A stretch of DNA of 64,000 nt. Origin: an uncultured bacterium. GTDB taxonomy: Bacteria; Hydrothermota; Tepidihabitantia; B3-TA06; CAYQJV01. The stretch lies in contig CAYQJV010000003.1 in assembly GCA_964417925.1 (NCBI GenBank), positions 13,941 through 77,940 of the forward strand, written 5' to 3'. The position numbers and the translations under genes are program-made. This document shows, in pieces, positions 58,668 to 64,000 of this stretch. The notes under the pieces were generated by a model that saw nothing but the letters and a program-made list of their open reading frames with translations, was not told the origin of the DNA and searched no databases. How positions within the stretch are numbered: position 1 is the first letter of the stretch; every line of letters starts with the position of its first letter.

Positions 58668-59419
58668 ACGGCTTCAGATACAGTTTTCATTACTTCTTCG
58701 GGAATATCAAAGTTTGCATAAACATTTTGAACTTCATCAAGTTCATCCAGAGCCTCAAGGAGTTTAAGTAATTTTTCGGCTTCTTTTCCTGTTACCGTAA
58801 CAGTGGATTGAGGAATCATTGTAAGTTCTGCATGTTCTACTTCTATTCCTTTTTCCTCAAACGCTTTTTTCACACGTATAAAATCTTCTGGAAGAGTTCT
58901 AATCTCGTAGGAATTACCTTCTTTTTTCACATCCTCGGCTCCTGCTTCCAGAGCTATTGAAAGAATAGTATCTTCGTCGTATTTTTCGGCAGAAATCATT
59001 ATAACTCCTTTAGGTTTGAACTGCCAAGCTACGCATCCAGAAGACCCTAAGTTTCCTCCATACTTTGAGAAAATGTGCCTTATTTCTCCTGTAGTTCTAT
59101 TTTTGTTATCTGTAAGCGTTTTTACAAAAATTGCTACCCCTCCTGGACCATATCCTTCGTATTCAACCTCTTCATAGGTAACTCCTGGAAGTTCTCCTGT
59201 TCCTTTTTTTATTGCCCTTTCAATGTTTTCTGCTGGCATATTAACAGATTTTGCCTTTTCAATGGCTGCTCTTAAACGAATGTTCTTTTCAGGGTCACCA
59301 CCACCGAGCCTTGCAGCAGTAATGATTTCTCTTGCTATCTTTGAGAAAATTCTTCCGCGTATTTGATCCATCTTTGCCTTTTTATGCTTTATCTGAGCCC
59401 ATTTGGAATGACCTGCCAT
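58664..59419 (-). CDS. yebC: YebC/PmpR-family transcriptional regulator
   Basis: [15 protein letters not shown]...[12 protein letters not shown] signature. It is the first gene of the yebC-ruvCAB unit. Confidence 0.85.
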   Translation of the reverse strand: MAGHSKWAQIKHKKAKMDQIRGRIFSKIAREIITAARLGGGDPEKNIRLRAAIEKAKSVNMPAENIERAIKKGTGELPGVTYEEVEYEGYGPGGVAIFVKTLTDNKNRTTGEIRHIFSKYGGNLGSSGCVAWQFKPKGVIMISAEKYDEDTILSIALEAGAEDVKKEGNSYEIRTLPEDFIRVKKAFEEKGIEVEHAELTMIPQSTVTVTGKEAEKLLKLLEALDELDEVQNVYANFDIPEEVMKTVSEAV

Positions 59420-59441
59420 ATTACCTCCCTTTGTCTAACTT

Positions 59442-59921
59442 TTATCTTTTCTTTCCGTAAACAATGGTGATCATTGTACTTTTCTTTTCTCTGGTTATAG
59501 TAACCATGAAGCCTTCTTTTTCTTTCTTTAAGGTAAGCATTATTCCCTTATCTTTTTCTCCTGCTCCTTCAACTTCCATTATTTTCTTCCATCCTTTATT
59601 GGTTAGATTTTCGTAATACCTTTTCACCGCATAAAAACTGGCATTTGTTTCCATTATCACCGTATGTCCTTTACCCATTATTGAAAACTTACCTTTTACC
59701 TTTGCGCCTGGATATATGAGTTCTCTTGGGAAATCAGCAGGTAGATTCACGCTTTCACCAATGTCAATATCTGCCTTTTCTCCAGTTTCTTTTTCTATCT
59801 GTTTTTCAATTGTTTTTTCAACTATTCTTTTACCAATTGGTGCACATGGTGCACAAGGTGCGCATTTTAAAAAAACCCCCAGTGTTGCAAGAATTATTAT
59901 AAAAGTTAATATTTTTTTCAT
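59442..59921 (-). CDS. Small secreted/lipoprotein with CAPCAPCAP tripeptide repeat after the signal sequence
   Basis: MKKILTFIIILATLGVFLKCAPCAPCAPIGK... The repeat is encoded by 3 tandem 9-bp units at 59839-59865. Confidence 0.4.
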   Translation of the reverse strand: MKKILTFIIILATLGVFLKCAPCAPCAPIGKRIVEKTIEKQIEKETGEKADIDIGESVNLPADFPRELIYPGAKVKGKFSIMGKGHTVIMETNASFYAVKRYYENLTNKGWKKIMEVEGAGEKDKGIMLTLKKEKEGFMVTITREKKSTMITIVYGKKR

Positions 59922-60475
59922 AACACCTCCTTGTATTGTTTTGGTCCTTCAACAAACAAATTACCTCCGTAACAGTCAATTGCTACAATGGCAGGGAGGT
60001 CCTCAACAACAAGTTTTCTTATTGCCTCCGGACCAAGGTCTTCATAAGCTACTATCTCTACTTTCTTAACTGCTTTTGCTACCAGAGCTGCTGCTCCTCC
60101 TACCACCACAAAATATACTGCTTTATGTTTAACCATGGATTCTATCACTTCCTTTCCTCTTGGACCCTTGCCTATCATTCCTTTAAGCCCTGCAGAAAGC
60201 AATGCAGGGGTATATGGATCCATCCTTATGCTTGTGGTGGGACCAGCAGGTCCTATAGGATATCCTGGTTTTGCAGGGGCAGGGCCAACATAATATATTA
60301 CTTTACCTCTTATATCAAAAGGAAGAGATTCTCCCTTTTTTAAAATTTCCACAAGCCTTTTATGAGCTGCATCTCTTGCTGTATATACTTCACCAGAAAT
60401 TAAAACTCGTTCACCTGCTTTTAGAGAAAGCACAGTATCTTCTGTAAGTGGGGTTGTTATTTTTTTTCTTTCCAT
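59918..60475 (-). CDS. Fe-S hydro-lyase beta subunit (class I fumarate hydratase / L(+)-tartrate dehydratase beta type)
   Basis: 185 aa with the ...GEVYTARDAAHKRL...GKVIYYVGPAP...VVVGGAAALVA... pattern of FumB/TtdB-type beta subunits. No alpha-subunit gene adjacent. Confidence 0.7.
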   Translation of the reverse strand: MERKKITTPLTEDTVLSLKAGERVLISGEVYTARDAAHKRLVEILKKGESLPFDIRGKVIYYVGPAPAKPGYPIGPAGPTTSIRMDPYTPALLSAGLKGMIGKGPRGKEVIESMVKHKAVYFVVVGGAAALVAKAVKKVEIVAYEDLGPEAIRKLVVEDLPAIVAIDCYGGNLFVEGPKQYKEVL

Positions 60476-60530
60476 TGCACCTCCTTCATTTTAAGGATAA
60501 TCTTAATCTTCATCAAGTCAACAATACAAC

Positions 60531-61253
60531 TTAAAACCTTTCAAAAATTCTGTCAATATCTTGAATTATCTTTTCATTTTTTTCAAATGCATTTCCTATT
60601 ACTAAGAAATCTGTCCCTGCTTTTATCAGTTTTCCGATTTCCATTATGTCTTTTATTCCTCCACCTACCATTACTTTTACATTAAGTTTTTTCTTTATCC
60701 TTTCTATCATTCTCTCTGGGACCGGTTTTTTAGCACCACTTCCTGCATCAAGATAAACAAGCTTTAAACCTATATAGTATCCTGCAAGAACATGGGCAAA
60801 AAGGATATCTGGTTTATCTCTGGGAATAGGTCGTGTATTACTCATAAACTCTACACTGGTCTGTTTTCCAGATTCAATTAGAAGATAACCTGTAGGAATT
60901 GCTTCAATGCCATAATGATAAATAAGAGGAGCTGCTTTTACCTGTTCTCCTATTAAAAATTCAGGGTTTCTTCCACTTAAAAGAATCATGAATAAAATTG
61001 CATCTGCATATCTGGATACTTGGTGGGACCCTCCTGGGAAGATTATTACAGGTTTATCTGTATTTTCCTTTATCGTTTTTACAAATTCGTCAAATTCAGG
61101 ATTAAGCAGGAGACTTGTGCCTACCAGAATACCAAGTGCTTTGGATTTAGTTATTGTTTTTACCATGTTCTTCAATCTTTTTCTTTCTATTCTATCAGGA
61201 TCAAGCAATACAAAGAAACCAGGTGCCTTTTTTTCTATCTTTTCCCAAACCAT
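60531..61253 (-). CDS. GGGPS/PcrB-family prenyl-glyceryl-phosphate synthase ((hepta/geranylgeranyl)glyceryl phosphate synthase)
   Basis: FVLLDPDR, ILVGTS, YLDAGSG and VMVGGGIKD...FLVIGNAFE align with PcrB/GGGPS hallmarks (FKLDPNK, IIGGS, YLEYSG, YGGGIKD...IVVGNA). Confidence 0.75.
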   Translation of the reverse strand: MVWEKIEKKAPGFFVLLDPDRIERKRLKNMVKTITKSKALGILVGTSLLLNPEFDEFVKTIKENTDKPVIIFPGGSHQVSRYADAILFMILLSGRNPEFLIGEQVKAAPLIYHYGIEAIPTGYLLIESGKQTSVEFMSNTRPIPRDKPDILFAHVLAGYYIGLKLVYLDAGSGAKKPVPERMIERIKKKLNVKVMVGGGIKDIMEIGKLIKAGTDFLVIGNAFEKNEKIIQDIDRIFERF

Positions 61254-62521
61254 GGTGGTTTACTTTTTTTTATCATTTTTGACATTTTATTTATCATGTT
61301 AAGCTCCTGTAAGAGTACATTCACATCATGGGGGGTAGTTCCACTTCCCCTTGCTATCCTTGCTCTTCTTGAGCCGTCTATTATTCCTGGGTTTCTTCTT
61401 TCCTCTGGAGTCATTGAAAGTATGATAGCCTCTTTTTTCTTCAATTCATCTTCATCTATTTCATGTTGTTTTAATCCAGGGATCATCCCTGCGATTTTTG
61501 AAAATCCTCCCATTTTTTTAAATGTTCTTATCTGTACTAAAAGGTCTTCAAAATCAATTTTTCCTTCAAGAAATTTTTTTTGTGTTTTTTTCCTTAATTC
61601 TTCAGTAGTTATTTTCTCTACTTCTTCTGCTATGCTTAATACGTCTGGTTCACCCATTACTCTCACTGCAATCCTTGTAGGATCGAAATGCTCAAGCATA
61701 TCTATTCTTTCGCCTGTCCCTATAAAAAATACGGGTTTTTCAGTAACACTTTTAAAAGAAAGTATCACTCCTCCTCTTGGATCTCCATCCATTTTTGTGA
61801 CTACCCCTCCATCTATTCCAATCCTTTTGCTAAATTCTTCTGCCTGTCTTAGTGCATCTTGACCTGTCAAACCATCTATCACAAGTAGTGTATATTCTGG
61901 TTTTGTCTTATCTTTTATCAATTTGAGTTCTTCCATCATCTCCTCATCTATGTGCAATCTTCCTGCAGAGTCTATTATTACTACTCCATTGCCCTTTGTT
62001 TTAGCCTGTTTTATTGCTTCAAGGCATGTATTTAAATTATTTTCTTTCTGTGCAAAAAAATCTGCTCCTGCTCTTCTTGCTAAGAGTTGTAACTGTTTTG
62101 CAGCAGCAGGCCTTTTTGTATCTGCAGGCACAAGTAAAGGTTTCCTATTCCTCCATAGAAAGGCAAGTTTTGCAGCTGTAGTTGTTTTTCCTGTGCCTTG
62201 AAGTCCAACGAGAAGTATCACAGAAGGCATGTTTTTGAATTCAATCTTTACTGGTTTTTCACCGAGAAACTTTACAAGTTCTTCATAAACTATCTTCATT
62301 ACCTGTTTGCCAGGAGAAAGGGCAGATGTTACTTCTGTGTTTTCTATTTTCTTCTTTATTTTTTCTGTAAGATTTTTCGCAACTTGATAATGAACATCTG
62401 CTTCCAGTAATGTTCTTCTTAGATCCCGTATAAAACTTTCTATTTCCTTATTAGATAGTTTCCCAAACCCTGTTATTTTTCTTTTAAGTTTTTGAAAAGA
62501 ATCTTGAATTAAGTCAAACAT
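61235..62521 (-). CDS. ffh: Signal recognition particle protein Ffh (SRP54)
   Basis: NG domain with GLQGTGKTTTAAKLA, DTAGR-like (IIDSAGRLHIDEEMM), and the C-terminal Met-rich M domain. Confidence 0.85.
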   Translation of the reverse strand: MFDLIQDSFQKLKRKITGFGKLSNKEIESFIRDLRRTLLEADVHYQVAKNLTEKIKKKIENTEVTSALSPGKQVMKIVYEELVKFLGEKPVKIEFKNMPSVILLVGLQGTGKTTTAAKLAFLWRNRKPLLVPADTKRPAAAKQLQLLARRAGADFFAQKENNLNTCLEAIKQAKTKGNGVVIIDSAGRLHIDEEMMEELKLIKDKTKPEYTLLVIDGLTGQDALRQAEEFSKRIGIDGGVVTKMDGDPRGGVILSFKSVTEKPVFFIGTGERIDMLEHFDPTRIAVRVMGEPDVLSIAEEVEKITTEELRKKTQKKFLEGKIDFEDLLVQIRTFKKMGGFSKIAGMIPGLKQHEIDEDELKKKEAIILSMTPEERRNPGIIDGSRRARIARGSGTTPHDVNVLLQELNMINKMSKMIKKSKPPWFGKR

Positions 62522-63149
62522 TTTTTATTTTTTCAACCACTTCTTTATAGTTATTGCTTTTGAATATTGCAGATCCTACTACCACCACATCTACTCCTAC
62601 ATCTTTTAGGTATTTTGCATTTTTAGGATTTATCCCTCCATCTGCAGAGATTACAAAATTTCTTTTACTGTGTTTTTTTGAAAATTCTTCTATTTTTTTT
62701 AATACAGAAGGAATAAGAGATTGTCCTCCAAATCCAGGATAAACGGTCATGAAAAGAACTTCCTCTACATAGGGGAGGAAGTGTTCTACCATTTCTACTG
62801 GAGTATCTGGATTTAATGCTATTCCAGCTGGGATACCTTTACCTTGTAGAGATTTTGCAAGATCTTCTGAATAATGAGTTTCTACATGGTAAATCACAGC
62901 ATCTGCGCCATTTTTTATAAATTCCTCTGCATATTTTGAAGGGTTTTCTATCATTAAATGCACTCTTACAGGAAGTGATGTGACCTTCCTTACTGCAGAG
63001 GTAATTGGTATACCAAAACTTATATTTGGGACGAAGTGGCCATCCATAACATCCAGGTGGAATCCATCAACTCCTGCTTCTTCTGCTTTTTTAATTTCAG
63101 TAGATAAGATTGAAAAATCACAGTTAAGGATAGATGCAAATATTTTCAT
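62514..63149 (-). CDS. rpe: Ribulose-phosphate 3-epimerase
   Basis: MKIFASILNCDFSIL...GVDGFHLDVMDGHFVPNISFG. Confidence 0.9.
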   Translation of the reverse strand: MKIFASILNCDFSILSTEIKKAEEAGVDGFHLDVMDGHFVPNISFGIPITSAVRKVTSLPVRVHLMIENPSKYAEEFIKNGADAVIYHVETHYSEDLAKSLQGKGIPAGIALNPDTPVEMVEHFLPYVEEVLFMTVYPGFGGQSLIPSVLKKIEEFSKKHSKRNFVISADGGINPKNAKYLKDVGVDVVVVGSAIFKSNNYKEVVEKIKNV

Positions 63150-63886
63150 GGTTCTTTTCCTACTATTAGATGTACTGTATCGCCTTTCTTAATTTTAGCT
63201 CCTGCCTTAGGAGTTTGAATTATCACAATTCCTCCTTGTCCTTCTATTTCAATCTCTTTTATACTACCTATTACCAATGAATCTTTTTCAAGAATTTTTT
63301 TGGCTTTCTCTATATCCAGTCCTTCTAAGAGAGGCATTATGATGGTTGCAGTGGTATCAGATACTGATACTGAAAGTATAAGAGGGGTATTGGGAGGTAC
63401 GTATATTTCAGGCTTTGGTTTCATCGCAACAACTCTTCCCTCTTCTATGGTATCTATTTGCACACTGTCAATTCTTGCTATTCTGAATCCTCTTTTTTCT
63501 GCTATCTTTTGTGCTTGTTCAATTCTTAATCCGAGAAGATAGGGAACTCTTATTCTTTCCTTTCCTTTACTTATTGTTAAAAAGATGTTTCTTCCCTTTT
63601 TAACTACTGTTCCAGGTTTAGGTTTCTGGGCAATTACGGTTCCCTTAGGATTTTTAGGATCCGGAAGTTCCTCATACACGATAGGTTTTAAACTTAACTC
63701 TTTTAACCTTTCTTCTGCTTTTCTTATCTGCATTCCAATAACAGATGGTACTTCAACAGTTTCTCCTTGTCTTGTTACTATGGGCATTATGATGTAGTTT
63801 CCTATTATAATACCAAGAAAAAGAAATACAATTATTCCAGTAATACTTGATAAAATATATAGGGTTATTCGTGTTCCTTTGTTCAT
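63146..63886 (-). CDS. Membrane-anchored PASTA-domain protein (three PASTA repeats, no kinase/PBP domain in this ORF)
   Basis: N-terminal TM, then three ~65 aa repeats of the PASTA pattern (VPSVIGMQIRKAEERL...; VPYLLGLRIEQAQKIA...; MPLLEGLDIEKAKKIL...). Confidence 0.7.
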   Translation of the reverse strand: MNKGTRITLYILSSITGIIVFLFLGIIIGNYIIMPIVTRQGETVEVPSVIGMQIRKAEERLKELSLKPIVYEELPDPKNPKGTVIAQKPKPGTVVKKGRNIFLTISKGKERIRVPYLLGLRIEQAQKIAEKRGFRIARIDSVQIDTIEEGRVVAMKPKPEIYVPPNTPLILSVSVSDTTATIIMPLLEGLDIEKAKKILEKDSLVIGSIKEIEIEGQGGIVIIQTPKAGAKIKKGDTVHLIVGKEP

Positions 63887-64000
63887 TCTATCACCGTAGC
63901 TACAATAAGATTTACCTTTGTACCTTTTTTCACTTCAGTTCCAGGTTTAGGAGATTGAGAAATTACTACACCTTTGTAATATTCGGTGCTTATTCTATAT
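63886..64000 (-). CDS. 3' end of an upstream PASTA-domain-containing gene (partial, continues beyond window)
   Basis: The minus-strand frame reads ...YKGVVISQSPKPGTEVKKGTKVNLIVATVIE*, a PASTA-like C-terminus. The upstream gene is probably a PASTA kinase or PBP. Confidence 0.4.

Overview
This 64 kb window is AT-rich (about 36-38% GC by eye), densely coding bacterial chromosome with no rRNA, no CRISPR array and no recognisable transposase or integrase. The gene content points to a diderm from the FCB-superphylum (Cloacimonadota/Bacteroidota-like): an LpxL-family lipid A acyltransferase, a cargo protein with a T9SS-type C-terminal sorting domain, a PorX-like receiver-PglZ regulator and a giant SprA/Sov-like outer-membrane protein. 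The lineage assignment is an inference. Most of the window is housekeeping: purB-purC-rtcA, purF, mfd, nrdJ, der, folD-ispA-dxs, comEA-ruvX-mltG, recJ, yebC-ruvCAB, ffh, rpe, rlmD, one tRNA-Val(GAC), and a buk-iorAB amino-acid fermentation module. The genes lie in two long co-directional arrays, plus strand about 20.0-41.3 kb and minus strand about 63.9-53.2 kb. The findings I consider most noteworthy are as follows. (1) A single ORF fuses a complete IspH/LytB to a UbiA-superfamily prenyltransferase, and a GGGPS/PcrB-family gene lies 10 kb away. With the polyprenyl synthase in the window, this suggests capacity for archaeal-type ether-lipid or other prenyl-lipid chemistry. (2) A serine-palmitoyltransferase-like alpha-oxoamine synthase is translationally coupled to a tandem-GNAT N-acyltransferase, which is a candidate sphingolipid or aminolipid pair. 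(3) An orphan operon encodes an HTH regulator, a short citrate-synthase-like (citryl-CoA-lyase-like) protein, an HD hydrolase and a LeuC-type aconitase large subunit with no LeuD. (4) der is interrupted by a one-base shift inside an A9 run. The A9 run could be a sequencing error or a site of transcriptional or ribosomal slippage. (5) At least six genes have near-consensus TTGACA-16/17-TAnnAT promoters whose -10 ends only 5-7 nt before the start codon, implying frequent leaderless mRNAs. Other observations are a decayed ArsB/NhaD-family permease pseudogene, a GC-rich terminator placed back-to-back with a promoter, a palindromic operator candidate, and small tandem repeats inside genes.
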